From the NCBI RefSeq assembly GCF_009834535.1, contig NC_045697.1, positions 47,556,001 through 47,620,000 of the forward strand: a DNA stretch of 64,000 nt. Direction: 5' to 3'. A program made the position numbers and the translations under genes. This DNA comes from Camelus ferus. Lineage: Eukaryota. The notes beneath the pieces are model-generated. The model was not told where the DNA came from, searched no databases, and worked only from the letters and a program-made list of their open reading frames with translations. Below, piece after piece: positions 1 to 13,529 of this stretch (position 1 is its first letter; each line of letters starts with the position of its first letter).

Positions 1-315
1 GTCCCCAGCACCTCGCTGGTTATCTGTAATTTTGTAGGTGTTCAATAAACACTTGCCACATAAATGGAAGAAGCCAGATACTGTAATTATACATGAGCAT
101 GAGCGTCTCGGCCTCATTCAGAACTCCTCCCTCAGTGTGTGTCAGACGGGAAGCCTAGAAAGGGGTTGCGTGAGTCCTACTTTCACAGGATACCAAAGTG
201 TGTGGCGCAGTGCAGAAAAGTCACCTCCTTATAAAAGAAAAAGAAACTCCTCATTTCACCTACAAGAAAAGCCACTGGTATAAGATATTTGTTAGAATAT
301 GTAGACTGGTAATAA

Positions 316-995
316 AAGGTCCTGGGGAAATTCTAGCCTGAATTTTCAAACAGTTGGAGAATAATTAGAAAAAGAATACTCTCATTGCTGGAAACTTATA
401 GGGGACTAAACTTTTACCCTTTGGGGGGTAGGATTTCTACACATGTTGTATCTTAATTTTGGCAAAGGGTTTGACAAAAATCCCACAGATAAACTTGTGA
501 ATGTAAAAATGAAGTGGGGTCTACCAATGGAAGGTGGATTTGAAGATAGTTGAAATACACACTCAAAACATTGTCAGTAAACCTTTGTAATTGGAAAGGA
601 AATGTCTTTAGCAGAGTATTATGATGAAGTCTTAATTATTTACTTGATTGGTATTTTTATTAGTGACTTTAATGAAAACAAAGAAATCAGGCTAATGATA
701 TTTAAATATGCCACATCCACTCATATAGGATACACACATAGTTAAGTTTCACCAGTTGAAAGAAAAACTCACTAAACCAATTGAAGCAATAAACTAAAAG
801 TAATCAGACGAAACAAAAGCTAAACTGTTCGTAACGTCCTGTATTATGTTCTATAATTAATTGTACAAATAGACGGTACAGTAGACCTGTTTAGACGTCA
901 GTATCATAAAAACGATCTCAGAATTTTAGTTGATTAAAAGCTTACTAAAAGTTGATATGGTTACTAAAGAAACTGACCCAGTCTTAAGCTGAAGA
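316..995 (+). mobile_element. Ancient CR1/L3-type LINE RT fragment (highly decayed)
   Basis: Ordered remnants resembling CR1 RT motifs: cctggggaaattcta (PGKILE-like); tatcttaattttggcaaagggtttgacaaa (YLNFGKGFDK ~ YLDFSKAFDK); atttttattagtgac (IFISD ~ IFIND); aaaaacgatctcagaattttagttgat (KNDLRILVD ~ EKDLGVLVD). Confidence 0.7.
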
Positions 996-2989
996 GCCAT
1001 AGTGTAATCTCAGTATCAGCTGGACCCTCTGCTGGACGTAGAGCTGAAGACTGACCCCTAGGCTAGTCCCTTGGTTGGGGTGACAGGTTGGTGCCCTGTC
1101 CTGACAACTCAGAGTCTTGTGTAGTTTACTCCCCAAGCTTCTGTCTGCCTCTGTGTTCTTGAATTCTTCTACGAAGTCTTTCATTCCCAAAGCATAACTC
1201 ACCTCCTTCACTGACTCCCGAAAGAAACAGATTCATGTTGAGCATTTTGAAATGTTAAAAGACTATGTGGGGGATTTGGAGGGAGGCAGGAGTGCCACGC
1301 TAAGGAGCAGGGGCTTCCATCATTTCTGTTTGAACACTTCCTCTCTGATTGAAGCCCTTAGCTCTCTCCAGGGCAACCCTCAAATGACTACGTCTTACAC
1401 ACACCAAATCCCTTGGGTTCTCAGCTTCCACCTTCAGAGGAGTGTGGGTGAGGAGCCTTTTCTCCATCCTGCGATATTCAGACCACAGAGGTATCAGTCC
1501 TATTGCAGTCATGTTGGCGTGACCATGTCTGGAGTACCTGGTGCAGTTCTCTGAGGTCAGTGACCCCAAGGAAAGTGCCAAGAGGACAGTGAAGAAGGTG
1601 GCGAGTGGACCAGAAGGCAGTGAGGGTATGGGGGATGATCTTTAGCCATCATTCACTGAGGAGGAAGGGACCTCATAGCTTATGAAGTCCATGCTCCCTC
1701 CTCAATAGGCTTGTTTTTTACAGTCCCTCTGAGAGACGGTTCTCCATTTCTGCTTAAAATACTCCACTGACTCCAGTCCTGCCTGGAGCAGAGATGTCCG
1801 AGTGGGAGAGACATGCTTATTTCAAACCTTTGAAGGTAATGTGAATGAGGGAGGGGACATGCTATCCTGCTCCAGAGGGAAGTGCTAGGCTGATGAGAAA
1901 GAACCATTGAACAGCTGGCATCCCCACCCTCGGCCTGGCTTCCTTCCTCAGCTGCAGAAGCCTGGAGGGTGAGACGGAACCTCTGCGCTGGCGCCCCGGG
2001 GCTCTTCTCCTCCTCCCGAGCACCATGGTTTCCAGCACTGAGAACCTCACTTACCACCTCTTCTTTAAAGCTCCTGCTCAGCTGGTTGTCCTTAGATTTT
2101 AGAGCTGGGTACGTAATTTCTAAAGGTTTCTATAACCAGAATCTAGACAGCTCTCCAGCTCTAACTTTCTTCTATAATATGGTTTTTAATGTCTTCCCTT
2201 AATACTGATTATATTTCCTTAAAAGCCCTTTATCGCACAATTTCAAAAATTGTCAGGCCCATAATTGTCTATAATGATGAACGTTAGAAAGGGACGTTGT
2301 GGATTTTTCTTTTTTTAATGTACTAGAAACTCAAATATCCCAACTTAGGGGCATATTTTATTTAAGCTTTGGAGGAAGGAAACTTTGGCTTTAGCAAAGG
2401 ACTAAAGTTAGGAGATTCTTAATTTAACTGAAATAGTCTATAAAATCCTATTTACACGGTGGCATAGCAAATGCATTTGTGCAGAGCAAAAGCTTCCCAG
2501 AAGAGAAATATTTTAGTGCAACATATTTTTGTCACCTATGTGCCATATAAGGGATTCTGTTTTCTCTTTTCAACTTTTATTTCTGTGATTTCATTGCTGT
2601 GAAGAGCCTCATAAATCTAGGTCACTACTTCTACACCAACACTCTGTGGCTCTGGAATAGAACATGCAAGTATTTCATTCGTGTCTCTAGTGTTACAGAA
2701 TCTACAGATTTCAGCAGACGGTTGATATATACCAAGCAAAGTTTTTGTTACAAAATGTAGAAAAATCTTTTCATTGGTCCAAAAAGGGATTTTATCTCTG
2801 GTATCTCAACAGATGATGCAAACAGTGGGTTCCCTGTAACTTCATTTCAAATGCAAATCCTTACAAGCACCTCCATAAACTAACAGTAAGATCAATCTTT
2901 CTACCTACAAAATATAAATATCTTTTACTGCTTCATTTGCCTCTCACTTCACGTGATGATGATGATAACAACAAGACAGACAGTGAAAG

Positions 2990-3185
2990 CTGATTCTCTG
3001 CTAGGGTCTGTGTTAGAGCAGCAACATTAGATGTAGGCACTATTATCATCCCCCTTTTATAGAAAAAGGAAACTGATGCATGGTGGTTAATTTACTTGCT
3101 CAAGGTCACAAAGCTAGTAGGTGGCAGCTAGGATTTGAACTTTAGTCACCTGATTCTAAAGCCCATTCTCCTAACCATTACTTTA
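2990..3185 (-). mobile_element. MIR SINE
   Basis: MIR core on the reverse strand: attatcatcccccttttatagaaaaaggaaactga...cttgctcaaggtcacaaagctagtaggtggcagctaggatttgaac. Confidence 0.8.
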
Positions 3186-3995
3186 TAATTCCTTCAACAT
3201 GGTACATCCTAGGACATAAAGTTGATATATCAGCCCTGCATTTGTTAACTGTCATCTTCAAAAGGAGAAAAATATAACACAATTTTTTGGCGAATGACAC
3301 TTTACTGATCGAAATAAACTAAGCTGCCTCAGGCTATCTCAAAAATGTTCCTTCACCTGTGCAGGATTTTCTAATTTTTTTCCATCCAGATTTGCCCTTT
3401 CCCTAATTTATCCTAAATCTTTGTGCCTGACTCAGGTACTTAATCATATTTTTACTTATTTTAGGACTAAGACATCTATACAAGTAACTCTCATGCAAGA
3501 AAAATAACTACTGTTTGGGCAGAAACTGAATGCTTTATAGCATGCCAAGCCTTGAATATTGTCAATATTCAACAAATACATGTCAAAAACAAATTAAACC
3601 CAGAGAAGAGCTGAGGCCACAGCCCGTGTAATAAAATGAGCTCCCCTCTCTGCTCAGGCTCTTGGAATAGAAACACTGAGAGAAACCACAGGAATGAAAT
3701 AGACTAATACTTTTATTATTTTAATGATATAACTAGAGAACAGAGGGGTTAAATGAATGGCCTGAGGTCACACAGCAGGTACTCGCAGAGGAGATCCCTA
3801 GCCCAGCACTTCCAGTTAAGCCCATACCTGAGTTATAAATCTGCTGATGGAGCCCATATGCCTTTGGAGATTCATTTTCTTCCTTTTATAAAAATAAAGG
3901 CTACCAGGTGTGAATATGGAAGCAAAAAGTTCCTATTTCCTTCAATGACCTCAGCAGAGCAGGACAGGAGAGAAAGTTCATTTTTAAAAACTTAC

Positions 3996-4142
3996 GCTGA
4001 CAAGCATGATTGTCATCAAGATAGTGCCCTGGGAAGCAGGCGGTGCTGCAGGTACCAAGGTGGGACAGAACGAGGCCAGTGTCACAGGAGGAGCAGGAGA
4101 AGGGTCCTCTGCCCCGGCAGGTTCTGCAGGAGGAGTGACATT
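3996..4142 (-). CDS. FRAS1: FRAS1 internal coding exon (~exon 22), furin-like repeat
   Basis: Acceptor cttccctctgcag|AA, donor C|gtaagt; 147 bp. Encodes CHSSCRTCRGRGPFSCSSCDTGLVLSHLGTCSTACFPGHYLDDNHACQ. Confidence 0.96.
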
Positions 4143-4358
4143 CTGCAGAGGGAAGAGACACAAAGAGAACCTGTGAAGCCAAACCCCCTTCCAAAGCCGT
4201 TAATAAAAGTGCCAGTGCAGAGAGCATTCGCTGGTCTGCTTTCTGGCCCCACAGTGTGCTTCCTGCCCTCTCTCTCGCCTGGGAAGTTCAAGCCTTCTCC
4301 ACTATTGCCCCCAAGAGAAGCTCAAGACGCACCACCGGCTCCTGCGTCCAGCACTTAC

Positions 4359-4511
4359 TTTGACAAGCTCCCCTCTCTGCATAGTATCCCGAAGGGCAGT
4401 CGGGAACACAGCGGTCCCCCAGCAGCAGGTACCGGGCGTTCTGGCACCGCAGGCAGACGCTCCCGGTGTTGCGGAGATCGGCTGCACAGTGCTGGCACAG
4501 AGGATGGCAGT
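4359..4511 (-). CDS. FRAS1: FRAS1 internal coding exon (~exon 21), furin-like repeat
   Basis: Acceptor ccctccctctccag|AC, donor A|gtaagt; 153 bp. Encodes CHPLCQHCAADLRNTGSVCLRCQNARYLLLGDRCVPDCPSGYYAERGACQ. Confidence 0.96.
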
Positions 4512-6869
4512 CTGGAGAGGGAGGGGGCCACAGAGAAGGCACAATGCTCATCATGACACCGAAGGGTAAACGGGATTGCAATTACCACTGCTGCAGCACC
4601 GACAGCCGGAGAGTGGCCCAGAGGCAGTGTGCAGCAGTAAAGCAGAAGCCTGGGACCTGTACAAATTGTGTGTTTGAGGATTTTAGCAAATGACTGGGCC
4701 CAGCACAGCAATTGAATTTTCATCCCTTTCCAACTGAACAACCTTCAAGTTCTAGGGCAGCCTGTGACAGATACTCGCCAGGGGCATGGAGAGAACTGTT
4801 AGATAACAGGAACACTTCATCATATCAACATATCCCCAAGACCTCTGCGAACTCAAGCACAGCATGGCTCCCATCCACACAGCTCCTGAGCTGTGCTCAG
4901 CACCCTCCCGAGCTCCTCCTCACAAACGTGGCCTTCCAGAGTCAGGACACCAGTCTCAGGCGTTGGTATGGGGGGATTAGGACTGGTCGATAGGTGAATG
5001 GTGGAAAATTTTAGTCTCTAACCAGAGGTAAAGTTACAAAAAAGAGTTGAGTTGAAAGTCATGTTCATGACTTGATTCCTGGTTCGTAGCAGATGCTGTA
5101 CCAGTTGTGGGTAAAGCTATAGGACTAATTATCTGGGACGGCCAGAATTGCCTCTTATTCTTGCCCATATAACAGGCATCCTTTAGTTAAATAACGTGAT
5201 TGTGTTCAGCTCCCACGATAGGTGAAAATGCCCTCTGTCCTACCTTAAGTGGTAATTATCCTTCAAATCCCATTTACCCCCCTCCATCCCAAAGGTGGAA
5301 GAAAATCCACAAATCCTGAATTACCCACCAAAATGAAAAAGGAGTAAAGGCCTAGGAAAAAAGAAGAAAGAGCTCTGGTTATAGGACCTGTCCATCTTCC
5401 TCCTTAGGATTCAAAGCACTGTTTACGGCTGCTAATGCACCACTCAACAACCAGGTATGTTTTGTTTCATCTCAAAGTCTTGTAGATGGAGATTGTGAAT
5501 TCTAGTGATGTTTAGACTAAAAAAATCCTTGTCAATAAAACAGATTGCCTGTCTCCTAAAATCTGTGGAAACAGGTCTTTCTCTCTATACCCTCAGTGAT
5601 ACACTTTCTTAATGGTTCATCATCTGAGATGCATTCCTTGCCAAAGAAGAGATTGTAGTCCCATTCCCGGCACCCACTCATCCACACGAGAAGTCTTTCT
5701 GGGACTCTGCAGCCACTCCAGAAGCTGAACCCAGACTGTCCTCCTCAAAAATGCTGACTCTTCTAGCAGTACACCGACAAAGAGCCCCTGACCTCTCTCT
5801 GAACTTCGGGAGTTTCAGATTACAGGCAGCCTTTTGCCAATATTAGGAACAATTCTTGATACCCTCGGAGGCAAACTAATCCCATTATAGCCCTTCAGTA
5901 AATTCTACAGGAAATGATGGCTGTGTTGAGAGAAATCTGATAAGGAGGCTATTTCCCCCGACTTAGTGTATGGTTTCCACACAAGGCCAACCTTTTTGTT
6001 TTCTTTTTCCCGGGCTCCCCTCACAGTGCCAGGAGCACTTCAAAAGTTCTGGAGCAAATGGAGGTGACCCTGCTTTATGATAACCTTAATGAGTGGGTAC
6101 ATGTCAGGACTGGAAATCAGGGAAACATTCCCGATTCGAGGCTCCATTATTTGAAAAGTCATGGCCTCTTCCTCTGAAAAGCAAGTGCTTACAGAGAGTT
6201 CTGGGCTCAGGCATGCGTCAGCAAGGCCTGCAGGTGCTCAGTGGTCTAAAAACTAGTTGCATCTAACTGAGGCTGGCTCTAGTGTACAATTAGAGAAATG
6301 AAAAAGGATAATCACCAGGGGATGCTTTGAAGAGAAAGTAAGCCGACCTCGGGTGTACTTTGTGGGTGCAATAAATGAACATTTATGGATCTGTCTGATC
6401 CTGGGGATGTCTAGAAGCTGTTTAAATGAAGAGTGTGATGCACATTAATTACTTCTCCAGGAAGCTGGGCGAGGTTACGGACGCTCCCTCCAGCTCTCAG
6501 GGCAGCTGCTCTGGAAACTTGCTCTGCCCCCCCACGCCCACGCCAGCACCAGCCCACCCTGCCCACCCTCCTCCTCCTCCCAGGGTAGTTCGCCTTCTCC
6601 TTGATTCAGCTCACTGGGCACGAGCACCTTCGATTCTTTCCTGTTGACCAGTTTTATTTCATTACATCTCCCCTCACAGGATGAAATGGCCAATTCCCCC
6701 ACCACATTTTTTGATCTATTTTTCCACATTATTTGAACATTATTGCCCTTTTATGCCCACCTCTCGTCATTCTCCTTGACCTCAACTTCCCCCCAAAGCT
6801 TTTCTCTACAACCACCCCATCTCTTGTCTTCCCTTCACCCCCAACTCCTCATCTCACTGGCATCTGACA

Positions 6870-7070
6870 ACTTCTTAGCAACCTAATCTAATGGACTCCT
6901 CTAACGCCTAACCCACCTGGAGTCTCTGCAGTACTTTGGATCACCCCTCCTCCTCGACCTCCTTCCCCCTCCATGCTTTACCCTGGGGCTCCTCTTGGTC
7001 ATTCTCTGCCTCTGATTGCCTGACAAACGTAGAAATTCCTCACAGCCCTCAACTTCTTCTCTCCTCCTAG
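6870..7070 (+). mobile_element. L2 LINE fragment
   Basis: Pyrimidine-rich stretch resembling the L2 RT region (ctctgcagtactttggatcacccctcctcctc ~ LSAAFDTVDHPLLL). Confidence 0.5.
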
Positions 7071-7178
7071 CCAAGTCTCATTCTCCGGAGGCCTTAAACC
7101 AGGCGTGGCTGTGTGCGTCCTTTTGGTATACACCTACCAGAAGCCAGTAGAAAGGGCTCAAAAGTTGCAGAGAGAGGG

Positions 7179-7929
7179 GATGTAAACTGATACAGCCACT
7201 TTGGAAAACAGCATGGAGTCTCCTCAGAAAAATTAAAAATAGAACTACCATTCGATCCAGCAATTCCACTTCTGGGGATCTTTCTGAAGAAAACAAAAAC
7301 ACTAATTGGAAAAGATACATGCACCCCTATGTTCATTGCAGCATTATTTATGAAAGCCACAGTATGAAAGCAACCTAAGTGTCCACCAATAGATGAATGG
7401 ATAAAGAAGATGTGGTATACACATACACACACAATGGAATATTACTCAGATATAAAAAGAGTGAAATCTTGCCATTTGCAACAACAATGGATGAACCTTG
7501 AGAGTATTATGCTAAGCGAAATAGGTCAGATAGAGAAAGACAAATACCATATGACTTCACCTACATGTGGAATCTAAAAAGCAAAGCAAATGAACAAACA
7601 TAAAACAGAAACAAGAGTCACAGAACAAATAGGCAGTTGCCAGAGGGGAAGGGGTTAGAGGGGATGAGTGAAATAGGTGAGGGAGATTAAGAGGTACAAA
7701 CTTCCAGTAACAAAATAAATGAGTCATGGGGCTGAAATGTACAGCATGGGGAACACAGTCAATAACACTGTAATAACTTTGTATGGTGACAGATGGTAAG
7801 TAGACTTATCATGGCGATCATTTTGTAACAAACAGAAATATCGAATCATTATGTTGTACAACAGGAACTAACACAGTGTTGTAGGTCAATTATACTTCAG
7901 TAAAAAAAAAAAAAACAAAAAAACAAAAG
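7179..7929 (+). mobile_element. LINE-1 3' end (ORF2 C-terminus, 3'UTR, polyA), decayed
   Basis: tgtaaactgatacagccactttggaaaac, atgttcattgcagcattattt and gacaaataccatatg; A-rich tail at 7901-7929. Confidence 0.9.
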
Positions 7930-10900
7930 AGAGAGCTGCCAAGACTCCAAAATCACTCAAGGCCTCTGCCTTGTTCCATGGTTCCGTATTAAGCCTTAAG
8001 GAGGCATCGGATCAATCACTGGACATAGCACATTGAATGATGGAGTAAGTACCCAGAGGCAAGGAGAAATCAATAAATGATACCTGAAAATATAAAACAA
8101 TCGGTGTGATGCGGGTTGCCCCAAGCATCACATTAATCCAAGTTAGTTTATAGTTTCACGTTACACACAAGACTGTAACTACTCAAGTCTGGAAAGTTGG
8201 GCTCTTTTTGTTCACTATCTGTATTCATCCCTTATTCATTCATCCATGGTTTAAAAAGTCATACTGAGCACCCAATCCTAGGAACAGAATCATTCCAAAA
8301 CGGCAATCTGTGTGGGTCTCGTGTTAACACCTTCATGCAAACCTCCCTTCCCAACTCTGTCTTATACAAGCCCCCAACAGAAGGCCACTTGAAACCAATA
8401 TGCTCTCAAATCTTACTCTGAAGTCAATCTGAAGGTTGACTGACTTTTGTTAAACCAACCAGAAAAGAAAAATAAATTCCTAAAACCTAGGAAATACCTT
8501 TATCTTAAGAGGTTGAAGCCAGAATCTCTTTGTTGGAGAGAATTCCTTGGGAGAGCTCAAAATGAGGAATGATGTGCAGGGTAAGAAGCCAGACATCAGA
8601 GCAACAAGGGCTTGAGGATTAATCTCAGTGTCTGACTTAATCAGAAAAGCACAGTTCCCGAGGGCGGGCTACAGAACCCAGGTGTGATGGACCACAGGTG
8701 GCCGGTACCCGGGGCACCACCTGTAAGCAAGCTTCAGGCTCAAGCCCAGGCGGCCACTGTGATCTTCTGCACAGACAGAGGCTGACTGGGGCTCAAAAAT
8801 GGGAGCTTAAGGTTTTATTGTTCTGACTACAAAGTGAGCCATGGAAAAAAATACAAAACATTTTTTTTACAGAGTATACATAAACATAAAAATGACCCTA
8901 AGTAGGCCTTTCAGAGTAAATAGCTACTAACATGGACTTTTTTCTTTTAGTTCTTCTATACAATTTTACACATATAGATTTTTTACATAGATGAGATTAT
9001 ATTAAATGTTGTCATATAATTACTTTTTCATATAGTTAGGAGCACTGCAAAAGGACCTGGACAGGGGTGAGAGGGCTTGGAAAGGGTCCCAATTAGAGGA
9101 AAAAAACAGCAAGAACCCAGAAGCCCAACAGAACAGGATGCCCAACTGAAAAAAGTTCATATGACTGGATCTTGAAGAACATACAAAAGAGCCACTCAGG
9201 ACCTGGCTGTGCTGGTTTTGGAATACCTTGTAAGTCATGAGAGAGTATGGGTTTATCCTAATGGCCATTGGGAATCAGTTTGCCTAACTGTACGTGTTCT
9301 TCGCCAGTCTATCTACTGAGGTCTCTATTTTTATTACAGATTTAAATGAGAAATTGTTGTATGAAAGTGACTAGAGATGGCAGAAGACGTTAAAACCACA
9401 GCAAAGAACCAACAATCCAAGAAAACTCTGACACACAGCAGTTTTCAATGTGAACTTTGCTGGAGAGAGGAGAGGAGTCACCACTCTTCTCTCCCCTTCC
9501 CCCTTCTGACATGTTCACAGAAGACCCTTCACTGTTGAGAGCATCCCATGCTGAACTGTTTTCAAGAGGCTGATGTTAGAGAAGGCAGATTAGGAAAACT
9601 AAGAATCCTATAGTGTAAGTATATGAAAGCTGTCATGACCAGGATTGGAGCTGTCAGGTGTCCCTGGAGAAGGAAGACCACACCAGTGGTCTGTCTCTCA
9701 GGTGTGACCAGGAAAGACCTTTACGCAAACTGTCAGCTTCCAAAATGCCTTTAAAATTTAAATTAAAAAATTTGACTGAATCAGCAGTACCTCATAGGGA
9801 CCTCTTCCCTATTGGTTAAATGAAAGAAAAAAATTACTGGAGTCAAAATACTAGGAAACGGTAGGCCCATGACAAGGTCAACCTGGGCTGCACCACCTGG
9901 TTTTCAAAATGCACTTCAGGCCACGAGGAGCAGGGCACTACTCGGCTGTGTGTGAGGCAATTCACAATTGCCTTTTCAGTACAATTTGAGATAATGAAGA
10001 GGGAAATACCCCATGGCCAGCCAGATGTATTAATTATACAATCTAAACATAATTAAGAGGTGGTACGAGCTCATCTCCAGGCACTGCAGGAGGTGACTAC
10101 GCATCCCAGGGACCTGCTATGACACCAGCCACTTCACGCACAGTAAAACCTAGGGGCATGTTTCCTAAGAAATAAGCTGATTTGGAGGCAAGCCTTGAAT
10201 TCTTCTTGGTAGGTGGTGACCATCTGAGAAATGCTGATTCAGATCCTTGCTGGACCCACACTGTAGGAGCAAAAGTGTCAGAAACAGTGTCCTTAAAGTG
10301 CCAGTATTCTCAGAGAGGCCAACAAACCAGAGTGAATTCCCCTGTCATCCTTCTCACCCCACCTTCCACTCCCACTCCTCCCCGCAGGTGATATTTGGAA
10401 TAATTTCACAGGATATATGAGAGGAAGCTTACACTGTCACTGCTTAATTTGTACCAGGACCGCGTTACTAAAATAGGAGAATTGAGATTCCAACCCACCA
10501 ATCTAGCGGCCTCTGCAAGGATTAACGGCCCGTCCTAAATGTCCCATCTGTGCGGTAAGGCGTTTGCATCTAACCTGCCTGTCTGTAATCAAAAAAGCAG
10601 GCTAACCTCAAATATGTCTAAATGGGGGGTGTGCATCCATTAACTGCTTAAAAACAGTGCCTCTCCTGGAGGCCGTCTCTCAGAGTCCTTCCACGGCAGC
10701 TCAGTAAGTCAGTCCTCATTTGACACTACTTCGATTACAGTAAAGAGTCTTTAAATAAAAGACTCATTAGGGGTGACAAGGAGAGGAGAGAGACCAGGGA
10801 GACATTTAGATTTAGCCTGTTTCAGATCCCTGCTAAATAATAAGCAAGTGGGGTGGGTGGGGGTGCACTGATGGAATTCCACTTGTTCGTCTAAATGCCT

Positions 10901-12426
10901 GCTTACTAATTCACTGCTTACCCGGTGAATTAGCACTTTAACCAAACAGATGAATGGACACACATAAGGGACTGGAAATGGAGTATCAGCTCAAGCTGGA
11001 ATAAATACATTTCTTGTTTGTAAGCAAACAGAGGGTTCCATTTGTTTCCTAAATATGCACAGCATGCACATGGCTAAAAATTTAAATACCTAAAAAAAAA
11101 TTAATGTTTTGATTCAGCAGCTGCAATATCCTCTCATATGTCGCCCCACAGCTGTGAGGAAATTATATGTGGTCATCACTGTGTGAGGCTTTCTTCAAAT
11201 CACAAAGGCTCTGCTTCGAGGATCAGTGAGGATTACCTGCAATCATGATGGATGGAAGCACACGGCAGTGAAATGACTTATTTCATGTCTTTGGAGCAAA
11301 GTCAAAAAAGCTTGAAGATATTACAGTAAATGTGCACTGTTGAAGCAATGGCTTTGGATGTTGGTTTTATGGGGCAGCGACTCCTTAGCTGGTAAATAAT
11401 GATCTATAAAGACAAATTTAGACACAGTGAGATTTTTTAATAATGTCCTGTCAGTCGATTAGGTCCTTAATGCAACCACATTAAGTGTGTTTGGAAGCTG
11501 TTAAAATAATTTGCACATGTAGCGGTTCCTTGTCAGGCCAAAAAGAAAGAATTTCATGCTGAAGCTCAGTGTCCTTAAAGTGTGTATAGAATCTGAATTC
11601 TGATGCCACTTTTAAAACTGATGGGGTTGGACTTGGGAGATAAGTACAGCAGTAAGCCAGAAAATAACATACGGTGGCAAAGAAGCATCAGCCTCTTCTC
11701 TTCCTCTTTCGATCATTACTTGAGTCCTAGCCCACCTACGAGCTCTTACAAATCATGCGTTCTTTTTATTAGCAGCTCTAGAACTTCCCCTTTTTTCAGT
11801 GTCTGTGGCTATTGTTTTATCCTGAAAAAAAAAATCAACAACAACAACAAAGACAACAGACTGACTTTAACGTTAAAGGACAGTGATTTCCACCCAGTGC
11901 TGACAAACTTACAAATGGGGTGAGAAGCCTGCGGTAGGACCCCTGGCGACAGACAGGTCGGAAGGAGGGGGTGAGAGGCGGTGTCGGATATGAGAGCAAA
12001 GCCCTCTCCGCAGCTCTGGTGCCAGTTCTTGCCGCCAACGAGGGGACGTAAGCACCGCTCCTGCCCAGGTAGCCTGATGCCTTGTGCCTGGCCTCCCATC
12101 GGTTTATGTTTTACTCTTGCCTTACCTCAAAATCAGAAAAACTTTCACTTTCATTAACATTTCTGGAAGGCGAGCTGGGTGTGAGGCCCTGTGGAAGTTA
12201 CTGCAGGAGACGGAGCATTGAGTCAGAGGCAGATTTCTCTCAGGTGCTTGTGATAAGGTCCAATATCAGAAGAAAGCCACACTTAAAATGCAACTGGTGT
12301 CTGAGGAGGACCAGAGAGTATTTTATCCAAAGGGAGTAAGAAGGCCTTGAACCTTGCCAGATGTGGCAGTGACTAGAATATGGAATAGCGGTAGGAAGGG
12401 AGCAGGTGTAACTCAATTTTGAATTA

Positions 12427-12616
12427 CAGGTGACCCTTGAACAATGCAGGGCTTAATATGGGTATAACTTACAACTTACAACTTATCCGCTGTTCCTCGG
12501 CATTCTCAGACTCAACTAAGTGCGGACTGTGTAGTTCTGTAGTATTTACTTGTGAAAAATAGCTGCATATAAGTGGATCCACGCCATTCAGACCCCCATT
12601 GCTCAAGGGTCAACTG
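12427..12616 (-). mobile_element. Tigger2-family (TcMar) MITE
   Basis: TIRs caggtgacccttgaacaatg / cattgctcaagggtcaactg, flanked by TA at 12425-12426 and 12617-12618. Confidence 0.88.
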
Positions 12617-13177
12617 TACTCATGTTGAATTACACTGATTGAAAAATCAGTGGTGGATGCACAAGAGAGTCAGGAGAAGGAAGGAAATGACCTGATGGGG
12701 AGGGGTGAGGAGGGTTTCTTTAGAGTTTTTTGAGTATGTTGTTCCTGTGGATCAGATGTCCAGAAGGTAGACAGACAAAAAGAGAGCCTGGAGCTGATCA
12801 TCACGTGTGCACTTGAGATGGACTCTAAGGAGGAAACAGAAAGGAGGACTGTATTAAGACACTAAGGTCCTAGAGGAAAGAGGGCCAGGTGGGAAGGAGA
12901 GAGGAAAACTTAAAGAGGAAAGGAGGGGATGAAATGAGAAGCCAGAAGAGGAAATGACTGATGGGCAGAACCAGCTCTTGAAGGTGACGGGGCAGATGGG
13001 TCACAGATGGAGGGATTCCCTGGACCAAGGTGAGGGAGCTCCTTTCTCAAAGGAAGGAATGAGGAAAAAGGTATCTGGAAGAAGACAAAGAGACATTTTG
13101 AGGAGAAAAGATGAGAGTTTTACTGTTGTTTTATCTGATTATGTTAATCTTCTAAACAAAAAAGAAAGCAAACCACA

Positions 13178-13330
13178 GGACCTACTGTATAGCACAGGGA
13201 ACTATAATCAATGACTTGTCATAACCCATAATAAAGAAGAATATGAAAAATACATGTGTATAACTGAATCACTATGCTGTACACCAGAAACTAACACAAC
13301 ACTGTAAATCAGCTATACCTCAATTAAAAG
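13178..13330 (+). mobile_element. LINE-1 3'UTR terminal fragment
   Basis: ggacctactgtatagcacagggaactat...tgctgtacaccagaaactaacacaacactgtaaatcagctatac; same 3' end type as 17351-17624 and 63170-63470. Confidence 0.85.
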
Positions 13331-13529
13331 TGCAAAGTCGTCAACTGATTGGAGTGAGAGCTGAGATGAAGTAAAGTGTGGCGAGTGCATACGGAAAGCC
13401 CACGATGGGCAAGGTGACAAAGCATCAAAAAGAACTGTAAATAATACGAATGATGCGGGGCAGAGAAGGTCTTACTGGAGTGACACAGGTTGATGGCACA
13501 GTGTTCACACGTGTTTCCTCTGACGTGGC

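Noticed and set aside
4143..4358. 216-bp intron (multiple of 3) as an in-frame retained intron
   Set aside because: It contains an in-frame stop at 4290-4288, so retention would truncate the protein.
3753..4556. 267-aa plus-strand ORF
   Set aside because: Antisense shadow of two GC-rich FRAS1 exons that starts in a MIR-like remnant; no recognisable domain.
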